Source: an uncultured Rhizobium sp.
Lineage (GTDB): Bacteria; Pseudomonadota; Alphaproteobacteria; Rickettsiales; UBA1997
DNA length: 64,000 bases
Reading direction: 5' to 3'
Assembly: GCA_964537735.1 (NCBI GenBank)
Contig: CAZICL010000002.1
Span: forward strand, 66,573 to 130,572
In this document: one piece after another, positions 1 through 9,103 of the stretch
How positions within the stretch are numbered: position 1 is the first letter of the stretch
How the letters are laid out: each line of letters starts with the position of its first letter
Program-made: the position numbers and the translations under genes
The notes under the pieces: model-generated
What the model saw: only the letters and a program-made list of their open reading frames with translations
Told to the model about the DNA's origin: nothing
The model's database searches: none

Positions 1-1
1 G

Positions 2-991
2 ATGCCACATTTTCCGGCGGCATTTTCTGATTTAGTTTCTTTTCCAAAAAAGTTTGATGCCTTTTTTAACGATAATTACGGCATGCGTAAAACTCTGATC
101 ACTTGGCATAGTTCAATGATGGATAAGATTTTTGATGAATCTCCTAGTTCTCGTGTTGTGGTGGGTGAAAATGGCTGGAATTATTTTAATAACTACAACT
201 CGATCCTTGATGCTCAAGGTGAGGCAACTATTAGCGAAGATTTAGTTGATCTTGGCGTTAAGCATTTTGCCAAAAATCGCAAACTGGTCGAAGATAGCGG
301 TATGGAATATTTACTCATCATTGCTGCTGATAAAACTTCGGTTTATCCAGAATTTTTACCGGATTATATCAAGTTTAAAGGTCCCCATCGGGTGGATAAA
401 TTTTTAGATGCTTTGAAGAAACAATATCCTGATTTTCCGGTTATTGATGCCAGACCAATTTTGCTCAAAGCTAAATTGAAAGAAGAAGTTTATCACAAGA
501 CTGATACACATTGGAATCGCCGTGGAGCTCATGCGGCCTATGTTGAAATGATGAATTTGTTGGCAAGAAAAGATCGCCGTTTAGTTGCGATTCCACGCAG
601 CCAGTTTATTGATGTAGCTGATGAATGGATTCGTGGAGATATTTCCGATATTATGGGAACTAATGACGCTAATCTGAATTATGAGCTAAAACCAAAATTC
701 CGCGAAACTATCCACAGAATTGAACCCAGTGCAGAAGAAAAAAAGAAATTTCACAACGTGACAATTTATTCTAACGAAAATAAAAACCTGCCGCGACTTT
801 TTGCTTATCAAGATTCTTACTTCGGCGATTTGTTCCGCTTTATTTCCAACCATTTTTCTTACGCCTTCTACACTAACCAATATCCCTGTGACATTGAATT
901 AGAGACGGTTAAAAAATACCGCCCTGATGTTGTAATGCAGGAATTTTGGGAAGGTCGTGTGGAAGTTGTGTTGAGTAGTTGTAAGGACTAA
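2..991 (+). CDS. AlgJ/AlgX-like (DHHW-type, SGNH-like) polysaccharide O-acetyltransferase family protein; 5' end lies outside the window
   Basis: The ORF is open to the window edge. The motif KTDTHWNRRGAH resembles the D-x-H-W catalytic motif of AlgJ/AlgX/DHHW family proteins. Confidence 0.55.
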   Translation: MPHFPAAFSDLVSFPKKFDAFFNDNYGMRKTLITWHSSMMDKIFDESPSSRVVVGENGWNYFNNYNSILDAQGEATISEDLVDLGVKHFAKNRKLVEDSGMEYLLIIAADKTSVYPEFLPDYIKFKGPHRVDKFLDALKKQYPDFPVIDARPILLKAKLKEEVYHKTDTHWNRRGAHAAYVEMMNLLARKDRRLVAIPRSQFIDVADEWIRGDISDIMGTNDANLNYELKPKFRETIHRIEPSAEEKKKFHNVTIYSNENKNLPRLFAYQDSYFGDLFRFISNHFSYAFYTNQYPCDIELETVKKYRPDVVMQEFWEGRVEVVLSSCKD

Positions 992-1051
992 TATCCAATC
1001 CAAAACACTATGCTTTTTGCATTATTTATCTCTTATTAAATTTTCTTCAAA

Positions 1052-2065
1052 ATGATCCTAAAAAATCTTCAATCACTGCTGCAATCCCCAAACCTGGCCT
1101 CTAAAAGATGGATTTATGAGCAATATGACTCACAGGTGATGAATGATACACTATATACTGGTGGCGATGCGGCGATTGTTCGTGTTCATGGCACTAATAA
1201 GGCATTAGCAATGAGCGCCGATTGTACTCCGCGTTATGTTGAAGCTGATCCCTTCGAAGGCGCCAAACAAGCTGTTGCTGAAACTTATCGCAATATTTCG
1301 GCCGTAGGTGGCAAGCCGTTGGCGATTACTAACTGTTTGAACTTCGGTAATCCGCAAAAACCAGAGATTATGGGTCAGATTGTGCGTGCAATCAACGGTA
1401 TTACTGCAGCTTGCAAAGCTTTGGATTATCCGGTGGTGTCAGGAAACGTTTCGCTTTACAATGAAACAGACGGCAAAGCGATTCAACCAACTCCAGCGAT
1501 TGGTGGTGTGGGCTTGCTGAAAGATCTTAACAAAAGATGTAGTTTAAACTTTAAAAGAACTGGCGATGAAATTTTTGTCATCGGCAAAACGCTTGGACAT
1601 ATTAACTGTTCTTTGTTTGAAGCTGAAATTCTTAAAACCGAGAGCAAAAAAAATCCGCCTTCAGTTGAGTTGGAAGTTGAAAAAAAACATGGCGAGTTTG
1701 TGCGTGAATTGATTGAAGCTAATGTGGTTGACGCCTGTCACGATATTTCTGATGGCGGTTTGTTAGTTGCCTTGTTTGAAATGTGTGGTGCTGAATTGGG
1801 TTGTGATGTGGATATTACGGCGGTTCTTGCTGATCAAGATATTGATATTAATCATTTGCTTTTCGGTGAAGATCAGTCGCGTTATGTTGTGACTCTTGAT
1901 CCTTCGTCAGTCGCTGATTTTAGAAAAAAAGCCGAAAAGAAATCTGTCGCTGTTTTTAGAGTCGGAACTGTGATTAAGGAAAAAATAAGAATCGCTGAAG
2001 AAGAGGTGTTGGTTAAAGATTTGCAAAATTTAAACGAAGCAGTTTTTCCGAAATATTTTAACTAG
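1052..2065 (+). CDS. purL: Phosphoribosylformylglycinamidine synthase subunit PurL, C-terminal half only (truncated, possible pseudogene or split gene)
   Basis: The 337 aa match the second AIR-synthase-like repeat of PurL (SPNLASKRWIYEQYD, ...VSGNVSLYNET..., HDISDGGL). Full-length PurL is about 730 aa. No N-terminal half lies upstream; there are only 60 nt to the preceding gene. Confidence 0.8.
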   Translation: MILKNLQSLLQSPNLASKRWIYEQYDSQVMNDTLYTGGDAAIVRVHGTNKALAMSADCTPRYVEADPFEGAKQAVAETYRNISAVGGKPLAITNCLNFGNPQKPEIMGQIVRAINGITAACKALDYPVVSGNVSLYNETDGKAIQPTPAIGGVGLLKDLNKRCSLNFKRTGDEIFVIGKTLGHINCSLFEAEILKTESKKNPPSVELEVEKKHGEFVRELIEANVVDACHDISDGGLLVALFEMCGAELGCDVDITAVLADQDIDINHLLFGEDQSRYVVTLDPSSVADFRKKAEKKSVAVFRVGTVIKEKIRIAEEEVLVKDLQNLNEAVFPKYFN

Positions 2066-2113
2066 AGAAAAGAGTTCGTATCTCTGCGGATTATATTTTG
2101 CCTGGAGTTTTGA

Positions 2114-2148
2114 AAGGGTCAGATCTCATGAGGTTCTGACCCTTTTTT
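2114..2148 (+). terminator. Rho-independent terminator after the purL fragment
   Basis: The stem aagggtcaga / tctgaccctt is followed by a T-run. Confidence 0.6.
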
Positions 2149-2169
2149 ATAATATATTAAATTCATAAA

Positions 2170-4338
2170 ATGGCTTCCAAAGCTTTTAAATATACCGCTC
2201 TGGCGCTTAAAGTTTTAGAAAAGATTTTAGGTTCGAAATTTTCAGTTCAAGGTATCGAAAATCTGCCCAATCAACCGATTCTATTCGTTAGCAACCATTT
2301 CACCCGTTTTGAAACCTTTGTTGTTCCCTACATCATTTACAAAAACACCGGTCGTCAAGTTAGATGTCTAGCTGATTCCAGCTTGTTTCATGGTATGTTG
2401 GGAAAATTTCTCAATTCGGTTGGCGCTGTTTCAACTAAGGATTCAAAGCGTGATGGCATGATTCTTAAAGATTTGCTGCGCGCTGAATATGATTGGATGA
2501 TTTATCCCGAAGGCAGCATGATCAAAAGCAAAGAAACCAGAAAAGAAAGCGGCTTTATTAACTATACTCCCGGTCGTGTTGGTCCGGTGCGCACCGGTTC
2601 CGCAGTGATGGCGCTTAAGTCACAGCTTTATCGCGATGATATGAATGAGGCTTATGTGGATCATAATACCAAGTTATTACACCGTCTGGAGAAAGAAGCA
2701 GATCTTGAATATGACCCCAGTTTTTTTGGCATTAATACTTTTATCGTTCCGCTGAGTATTAGCTATTATCCCATTCGTCCGGGTGACAATAAAATCAAAA
2801 AAATGGCACTGCGGGTGATGAAGAAAATCCCCTCAAAAATTTCTGAAGAATTAGAGATTGAAGGAAATCTTTTGTTGGAATCGGAGATGAATTTGCACTT
2901 TGGTCAGCCGATGAATCTTTTTGAATATGTTAAATCAGTGCGTGGATTGGTTTATCAGGTGCCGCTGATAAAAAGTGAGACTAAAACTAACTTTATCCTG
3001 AAATATTTTAAATATCGTCTGACTAATGATTTTATGGATAAAATTTATTCCAATCTGCAAATAAATTTTGACCATATTTTTAGCGCGGCAATACATCATA
3101 TTCCACAACAAGAAATTGATATTGATCACCTAAAGCGGGTTATTTATCTGACGGCGATAAAAATTGATCAGCGTAAATATCGTATCCATCAATCAATCGT
3201 TGAGCATAATTTGTTCAAAATTTTTATTGATGAAGCTCATAAAGAATTTGATAGCGTCTTTGAATTAGCTAAGAGTCAGAACTTAATCACAGAAATTGCG
3301 GGACATAAAATCAGGATTAATAAAGATATTCTGAATAAAAAATATGACTTCCATGAAATCAGGCGGGAGAACACTTTACAGGTCATTGCTAATGAATTTT
3401 TTCTGCTCGATGATCTCAATAATATCGTTGCCAAAATCTGCAAAATTTCTGATGTGCAGTTGCGTCATAAGGTTTTTGAAGAAATTTGTGAACGTGATTT
3501 TCAGATTTTTGATAATGATTACAAAAAGTTTTTTGATCAAAAATTCTCCAAAGATAAAAAGGTGGGGTCACCTTTCTTTTTGAGTTCTAACCCTAAGAGT
3601 TGTGCTAAAGCCAAGAAAGTCGGTGTTTTGGTTTGTCACGGTTATAAATCAGCACCGCAAGAAGTTTTTGAGTTGGGAAAATTTATTAATGATTTTGGTT
3701 TTAAAGTTTATGGTGTGCGTCTTAAAGGCCATGGTACGGCGCCGGTTAACATGAAACATGTCACCTGGCAGGATTGGTATGATTCAATGCAGCGTGGCTA
3801 TGCTGCTTTAAAAAACTGCTGCTCGGAAGTTGTGATCATAGGCTTTTCAACTGGTGGGCTTTTGGCGTTATTATCGGCGGCACATAAAAAAAATGTTACC
3901 GGCATTGTGGCGATTAATTCAGCTTTGAAGCTGCTAGATTTGCGTACAATGTTGGTGCCTGGAATTAACATGTGGAATGAACTTTTGGACAAACTCAATA
4001 TCAGCAAAAGCAAGATGGAATATGTGGATGATTATCCAGAAAATCCCCATATCAACTACAACAGAAACTATTTAAAGGGGGTAGAACAATTAGAGAAATT
4101 GATGAAAGAATGTGATAATAATCTACAAAATATTTCAGCTCCATCTCTGATTATTCAGGCTAAAAAAGATCCGGTGGTAAATCCGGTGAGCGGTAAAATA
4201 ATTTTCAATAAAATCAGCTCGGAAAATAAAATTTTACTTGAGCCAGATTTTTCCAATCATTGCATTGTTAACGGCGAAAACAGAGAAGAAATTTTTGACA
4301 TGATAAAAAAATTTTTTTGCCAGCTAAACTTGTTGTAA
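2170..4338 (+). CDS. Fusion protein: N-terminal PlsC-like lysophospholipid acyltransferase domain plus C-terminal alpha/beta-hydrolase (lipase/esterase) domain
   Basis: The N-terminus has NHFTRFE (an HX4D-like variant) and YPEGSMIKS (a PEG motif). The C-terminus has VLVCHGYKS and GFSTGG (the GXSXG nucleophile elbow). Confidence 0.6.
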   Translation: MASKAFKYTALALKVLEKILGSKFSVQGIENLPNQPILFVSNHFTRFETFVVPYIIYKNTGRQVRCLADSSLFHGMLGKFLNSVGAVSTKDSKRDGMILKDLLRAEYDWMIYPEGSMIKSKETRKESGFINYTPGRVGPVRTGSAVMALKSQLYRDDMNEAYVDHNTKLLHRLEKEADLEYDPSFFGINTFIVPLSISYYPIRPGDNKIKKMALRVMKKIPSKISEELEIEGNLLLESEMNLHFGQPMNLFEYVKSVRGLVYQVPLIKSETKTNFILKYFKYRLTNDFMDKIYSNLQINFDHIFSAAIHHIPQQEIDIDHLKRVIYLTAIKIDQRKYRIHQSIVEHNLFKIFIDEAHKEFDSVFELAKSQNLITEIAGHKIRINKDILNKKYDFHEIRRENTLQVIANEFFLLDDLNNIVAKICKISDVQLRHKVFEEICERDFQIFDNDYKKFFDQKFSKDKKVGSPFFLSSNPKSCAKAKKVGVLVCHGYKSAPQEVFELGKFINDFGFKVYGVRLKGHGTAPVNMKHVTWQDWYDSMQRGYAALKNCCSEVVIIGFSTGGLLALLSAAHKKNVTGIVAINSALKLLDLRTMLVPGINMWNELLDKLNISKSKMEYVDDYPENPHINYNRNYLKGVEQLEKLMKECDNNLQNISAPSLIIQAKKDPVVNPVSGKIIFNKISSENKILLEPDFSNHCIVNGENREEIFDMIKKFFCQLNLL

Positions 4339-4416
4339 CTTTTTCTTGAGGAAAATAGTTTTGGCTCGCAAGTTTTGATTTGTTGTGCGCCTTGTTAATT
4401 CATCCAAAATACGCTA

Positions 4417-5742
4417 ATGAAAAGCAAATTCACGAAGGTTCTTTCTCCCGAAAAAGAGCCTGAAGATAACGAGAATATTGAAAATGAAGAAAGTTCGGAT
4501 GTAGAAGCTGGTGGTCCCGCTATCGCTTTAGCCAAAAAAAATCGTATGATCGTCATTGGTTTGTCGTCAGTTTTGATTACGATAGTGGTCTATTTCATTT
4601 TTTTCAAAAGCGGCGATACACCAAAGCCGGAAAAATTGCAGGAAGTTGCTGTGCCTCCAACTAGAAATGTTGCTACTTCTGATGATGGAAAATCCTCACC
4701 TTTTGCCATCGACATTCCACAAGAAAAATCACCAGAAGAGGTTGAACTGCTTGATAAACCAGCGGTGCCAGAAATTCCATCTTTGCCAGATAGTGCAAGC
4801 TTGCAGCAAGATGACTCAGTGTTACCGCCAGCACAAAATGTTCAGCCGGTTATTGCCATTCCTGGCCAGCCTCTGCTTCCTGCAGTACAGCCTTTGCAGC
4901 CCAACCCAACTATTCCTTTAGCTAATAATAACGCGGCATCTGAGCAGAAGGAAGAGAAGAAAAAAGATGTTAATCCGCGCTATTCACCGATTGTGGTCTT
5001 TTCTGGTGGTGGGGCATCTCCAGATCTGGGTGTTGGTTATGCTAAAAATATCGTCAACTTAAATGAAGATCCGATTGGTAAACTGGAAAAAAGTACGGTG
5101 GCAGTTAAAACAACTTACGTGGGTGATCGTACTCACGCTATTACACAAGGTAAGCTGATTACAGCAGTTCTTGAAACGGCAATCAACACGCAAATCCCAG
5201 GCTTTGTTCGCGGTATTGTCAGTCGCGATGTTTATGCTGAGTCGGGAAATAAAGTTTTAATTCCAAAAGGATCAAGGCTTTATGGATCTTATTCCAGTCA
5301 GATTAGCCGCGGGCAGGGCAGAGTTAACATTTCTTGGACACGTTTAATAAGACCAGATGGCGTCGATTTGAATATCTCATTTAATGCGTCGGATCAATTT
5401 GGTCGTGCCGGTATTCCTGGAGATGTTGATAATAAATATAGCTCAATCATTGCCGGTTCTCTCTTAACCAGTATCTTAGCAGTCGGCGGCGCTGCGGCAG
5501 CTAATAGCTTGCTTAACACTGGCAATAACAGTGTTTCGACCACAACCAGTAACGGTGCTGTAACTACAACCGGTGATGCTACAAACCAGGCGATTGCTGA
5601 TGTTACTAAGTCTATCGTCGATACGACAAGTCAGATTGTTGGTAATGCTCTTAATACCACTCCAGTTATTACTATTTCTCAAGGCACTAAAATCACGGTG
5701 ATTGTTAATGCTGATATGAACATTCCTTATTTTGCTTCCTGA
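4417..5742 (+). CDS. virB10: Type IV secretion system protein VirB10 (TrbI family)
   Basis: It has an N-terminal TM segment, a Pro-rich linker, and a TrbI core (GSRLYGSY...GQGRVNISWTRLIRPDGVDL...GIPGDVDNKY). Confidence 0.9.
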   Translation: MKSKFTKVLSPEKEPEDNENIENEESSDVEAGGPAIALAKKNRMIVIGLSSVLITIVVYFIFFKSGDTPKPEKLQEVAVPPTRNVATSDDGKSSPFAIDIPQEKSPEEVELLDKPAVPEIPSLPDSASLQQDDSVLPPAQNVQPVIAIPGQPLLPAVQPLQPNPTIPLANNNAASEQKEEKKKDVNPRYSPIVVFSGGGASPDLGVGYAKNIVNLNEDPIGKLEKSTVAVKTTYVGDRTHAITQGKLITAVLETAINTQIPGFVRGIVSRDVYAESGNKVLIPKGSRLYGSYSSQISRGQGRVNISWTRLIRPDGVDLNISFNASDQFGRAGIPGDVDNKYSSIIAGSLLTSILAVGGAAAANSLLNTGNNSVSTTTSNGAVTTTGDATNQAIADVTKSIVDTTSQIVGNALNTTPVITISQGTKITVIVNADMNIPYFAS

Positions 5743-5747
5743 TACTA

Positions 5748-6587
5748 ATGATCGAAAAAAATAGAAAAATAAACTTACACTTAATTTCAGACTCAACTGG
5801 AGAAACTCTTAGTTCAGTGTCGAGGGCTGTGTTATCACAGTTTGAAGGTGTTGAATCTAATGATTTTATTTGGCCTCTGGTGCGTAATAAATCGCAGTTG
5901 GATAAGGTTATGGAATCGATCAGTAAAAATCCCGGCATTGTGCTTTATACCATCTTGCAGGATGGTTTGATTGAATCGCTAAAAAATCATTGTTACGAAT
6001 TGCAAATTCCCTGCATTCCGGTTTTATCTCGTATAATTACCGAATTTTCGAATTATTTGGGCATGAATATTTCTCATGCGATTGGCCGTCAACACTTGCT
6101 GGATGAAGAATATTTTTCGCGTGTTGAAGCAATCAACTATACTCTTGATCATGATGATGGACAATCAACTTGGGATTTGTACGATGCGGATATTGTTGTG
6201 GTTGGCGTGTCGCGTACTTCCAAATCGCCAACTTCAGTTTATTTATCTTGTCGTGGTTATAAAACTGCCAACGTTCCATTTGTGACTATCGATACTATTC
6301 CTCAGACCATTTATGATTTAAAAAAGCCTTTGGTCGTGGGGTTGACGATTAATCCAGAAAAGTTAGTACAAATTCGTCAAAGTCGCATGTCTTCTTTAGG
6401 TCAAGAAACTACAAGCGACTACATTGACATTGAGGCAATAAAAGTTGAAATTGCGGAATCACGCAAATTATTTTCTAAACTTGGTTGTATTGTAATTGAC
6501 GTTACAAAAAGATCAGTTGAGGAAACCGCAGCAAAAATCATCCAGCTAGTGCAAGAAAAGCGTAATAAAGCGCTGTCAGAGAGTTAA
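5748..6587 (+). CDS. Pyruvate, phosphate dikinase regulatory protein (PDRP/PpsR family kinase-pyrophosphorylase, DUF299)
   Basis: It has the P-loop VGVSRTSKSPTS and a typical length and N-terminus (HLISDSTGETL). Confidence 0.85.
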   Translation: MIEKNRKINLHLISDSTGETLSSVSRAVLSQFEGVESNDFIWPLVRNKSQLDKVMESISKNPGIVLYTILQDGLIESLKNHCYELQIPCIPVLSRIITEFSNYLGMNISHAIGRQHLLDEEYFSRVEAINYTLDHDDGQSTWDLYDADIVVVGVSRTSKSPTSVYLSCRGYKTANVPFVTIDTIPQTIYDLKKPLVVGLTINPEKLVQIRQSRMSSLGQETTSDYIDIEAIKVEIAESRKLFSKLGCIVIDVTKRSVEETAAKIIQLVQEKRNKALSES

Positions 6588-6716
6588 ATTCTGTTTTACC
6601 GTTTATCATTTCCTCGCTTTCCTATCGTTTGAGAAGCACTGGCAAAACTCGTAGTCAAAAATGATAAATTAAGGATCAAACTTTCTACTAATATTAATAA
6701 ATTCTTCTTCCTAAAA

Positions 6717-8156
6717 ATGGTAAAAAGAAATATTTTGATTGTTGATGATGAACCTACAATGTGTAAGGTTCTGAGTAAGTTTATCGGTAATATGGGTCAC
6801 TCATATTTAGTGATGAATAGCGGTATGCAGGTTGTCGATTTTTTTATGAATCGAAAAGTGATTGATGGCATTTCATGCCATGATATTGATGTGATGTTGC
6901 TTGATCTTTCGATGCCGGATCTTGATGGTTTAACGGTTCTGAAAGAGATCAATCCGATTAAAGGTGATTTGCAGGTTATTGTTTTGACTGCTAATAAAGA
7001 TATTTCACGGGCTATTAACGCCATTAATCTTGGTGCTATCGACTATATCGTCAAAGGCGAGAAAGACATTTTTGCTCGTGTCACTGCTTCCATTAACAAC
7101 GCCATTGAGAAAAAAAATCTCAAATATCAGGTTTCGCATTTAGCCAGAAAAGGTAAGGATCAAGTGGCCTTTTCTGATATTGTTGGTCAAAGCCCTTCCA
7201 TCTTAAGCATGGTTAAGTTGGCAAAAAAAGCGGTTAATTCTTCAATACCAATTTTGATTGAAGGTCCGCGTGGATCAGGAAAAGAATTGTTGGCCCGCGC
7301 TATTCACGGTTCAAGCTTAAGATCAGGAAAACCTTTTGTGGTTGTTGAGTGTGATTTGTTAAAAAATAGCACGGCAGAAGAAGAGTTGTTTGGATCGGAA
7401 AAAGTTGCTGCGGATGGTTCGGCAAAAAATATCGGTAAAATTCGTGAAGCTAATAATGGTACGATTTTCTTCGAAAAGATCGATGCCTTAAAAATGGATT
7501 TGCAGGTTAAGGTTTTGCGTTTCTTGCAAGAAGGAGAGTTTGAACCGGTGGGTTCAAATCAGGTAGTGCGAGTTAATGCCAGAGTGATTTCTTCCACTAA
7601 TCGTGATTTGTCAAAAATGGTTGATGGCAAAAAATTTCGTGAAGATTTGCATTATCGCGTTGCTTCATTGCCAATTACTATGCCATCGCTGCGCGAAAGA
7701 GGTGAAGAAGATATTAAACTTTTAGCAGAAAATTTCTGTCGTAATTTCAGCATTAACGAAAATAAAAAGATCAAAGGTATTGGCAGTGATGCTTTGTATT
7801 TACTCTCTAACTACGAATGGGAAGACAATATTCGTCAGTTAAAAAATTCGATTTTCCGTGCTGTTGTTTTGTGTGATGAGGATTTTTTGAAGCCGGAGCA
7901 TTTTCCACAACTTCTTAATAAAGAAAATAACAGCCTTACTAAATCGAAAGCGACCATCAAGGATAATTCTGATATTAACAGCGAGTTGATTGATATTTTT
8001 GACGATGAAGGAAGGTGCAAAACCTTGGATATTATTGAAGAAGAAATTATCAAAAGGTTGGTCGATATTTATAACGGAAACCTCTCGGAAGTTGCAAAAC
8101 AACTGGATGTTGGCAGATCAACGATTTATCGAAAACTAAAAATTATTGAACAATAA
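6717..8156 (+). CDS. NtrX/NtrC-family response regulator (receiver + AAA+ + Fis-type HTH)
   Basis: The receiver domain has DVMLLDLSMPDLDG. Walker A is GPRGSGKE. The C-terminal HTH reads LSEVAKQLDVGRSTIYRKL. The GAFTGA loop is replaced by VAADGSA. Confidence 0.8.
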   Translation: MVKRNILIVDDEPTMCKVLSKFIGNMGHSYLVMNSGMQVVDFFMNRKVIDGISCHDIDVMLLDLSMPDLDGLTVLKEINPIKGDLQVIVLTANKDISRAINAINLGAIDYIVKGEKDIFARVTASINNAIEKKNLKYQVSHLARKGKDQVAFSDIVGQSPSILSMVKLAKKAVNSSIPILIEGPRGSGKELLARAIHGSSLRSGKPFVVVECDLLKNSTAEEELFGSEKVAADGSAKNIGKIREANNGTIFFEKIDALKMDLQVKVLRFLQEGEFEPVGSNQVVRVNARVISSTNRDLSKMVDGKKFREDLHYRVASLPITMPSLRERGEEDIKLLAENFCRNFSINENKKIKGIGSDALYLLSNYEWEDNIRQLKNSIFRAVVLCDEDFLKPEHFPQLLNKENNSLTKSKATIKDNSDINSELIDIFDDEGRCKTLDIIEEEIIKRLVDIYNGNLSEVAKQLDVGRSTIYRKLKIIEQ

Positions 8157-8222
8157 TTTTTAAAAGAAGGGCAGAAGTCAGAACCTTTTTTACTAACAAT
8201 CAACTAACAACCAAAACCAAAA

Positions 8223-9098
8223 ATGCGTAAAGTAAAAACTGCAATTTTTCCAGTTGGCGGCCTTGGAACACGTTTCTTACCAGCAACAAAATCAATGCCA
8301 AAAGAAATGCTGCCCATCGCTAATAAGCCAATTATTCAATATGCTTATGAAGAAGCACGCGATGCTGGAATTGAGAAATTTATCTTCGTTACCGGACGTA
8401 ATAAAAATTCTATTAATAATCATTTTGATCATGCCTACGAGCTGGAATCTAAACTTGATGAAAAAAATAAATCGCAGGAATTATCACAAGTTATGGGTTG
8501 GCTTCCTGATGCTGGACAAATTGCTTTTGTGCGTCAACAAAAGCCGCTTGGCCTGGGTCATGCTATTTGGTGTGCGCGCAATTTTATCGCTAAAGATGAA
8601 GCATTCGTCGTAATTTTGGCTGATGAAATGATGATGCAAAGCAAAGGACGTAAAAGAAATTTTTTGGGTGAAATGATTGATCTTTACAGCTCAAAAGAAG
8701 AAACCTCAAGTATCGTTGCCGTTGGGGAAGTTGATCAACAAGACACTAATAAATATGGTATTATTGAAATTTCTGGTGCTGAAAAAATCACTAATATGGT
8801 TGAAAAACCTCAGCCGGAAGTTGCTCCAAGTAACCTTGCGATTACTGGTCGCTATATTTTACAGCCAGAAATTTTTCAATATTTAGAAAAATTCGAAATC
8901 GGTTCTGGTGGTGAAATACAACTTACTGATGCCATGAAATCAATGTGTCAGAATCATTCTTTTTATTACAAAACCATTGATGAAAGGCGCTTTGATTGTG
9001 GCAATGTCTTGGGGTATTTAGAAGCCAACATCGCCTTTGCTCTTGAAAATCAGGTGATCCGCGAAGATGTTAAAAAAATTCTTAAAAAATATTCTTAG
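8223..9098 (+). CDS. galU: UTP--glucose-1-phosphate uridylyltransferase
   Basis: The N-terminus is AIFPVGGLGTRFLPATKSMPKEMLPI, and VEKP is present. Confidence 0.9.
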   Translation: MRKVKTAIFPVGGLGTRFLPATKSMPKEMLPIANKPIIQYAYEEARDAGIEKFIFVTGRNKNSINNHFDHAYELESKLDEKNKSQELSQVMGWLPDAGQIAFVRQQKPLGLGHAIWCARNFIAKDEAFVVILADEMMMQSKGRKRNFLGEMIDLYSSKEETSSIVAVGEVDQQDTNKYGIIEISGAEKITNMVEKPQPEVAPSNLAITGRYILQPEIFQYLEKFEIGSGGEIQLTDAMKSMCQNHSFYYKTIDERRFDCGNVLGYLEANIAFALENQVIREDVKKILKKYS

Positions 9099-9103
9099 AA
9101 TAT

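Noticed and set aside
4646-4921. 91-aa alternative-frame ORF inside virB10, and the antisense ORFs at 5476-5796 and 5705-5938
   Set aside because: They are nested in or antisense to the well-supported virB10 and PDRP frames and have no motifs.
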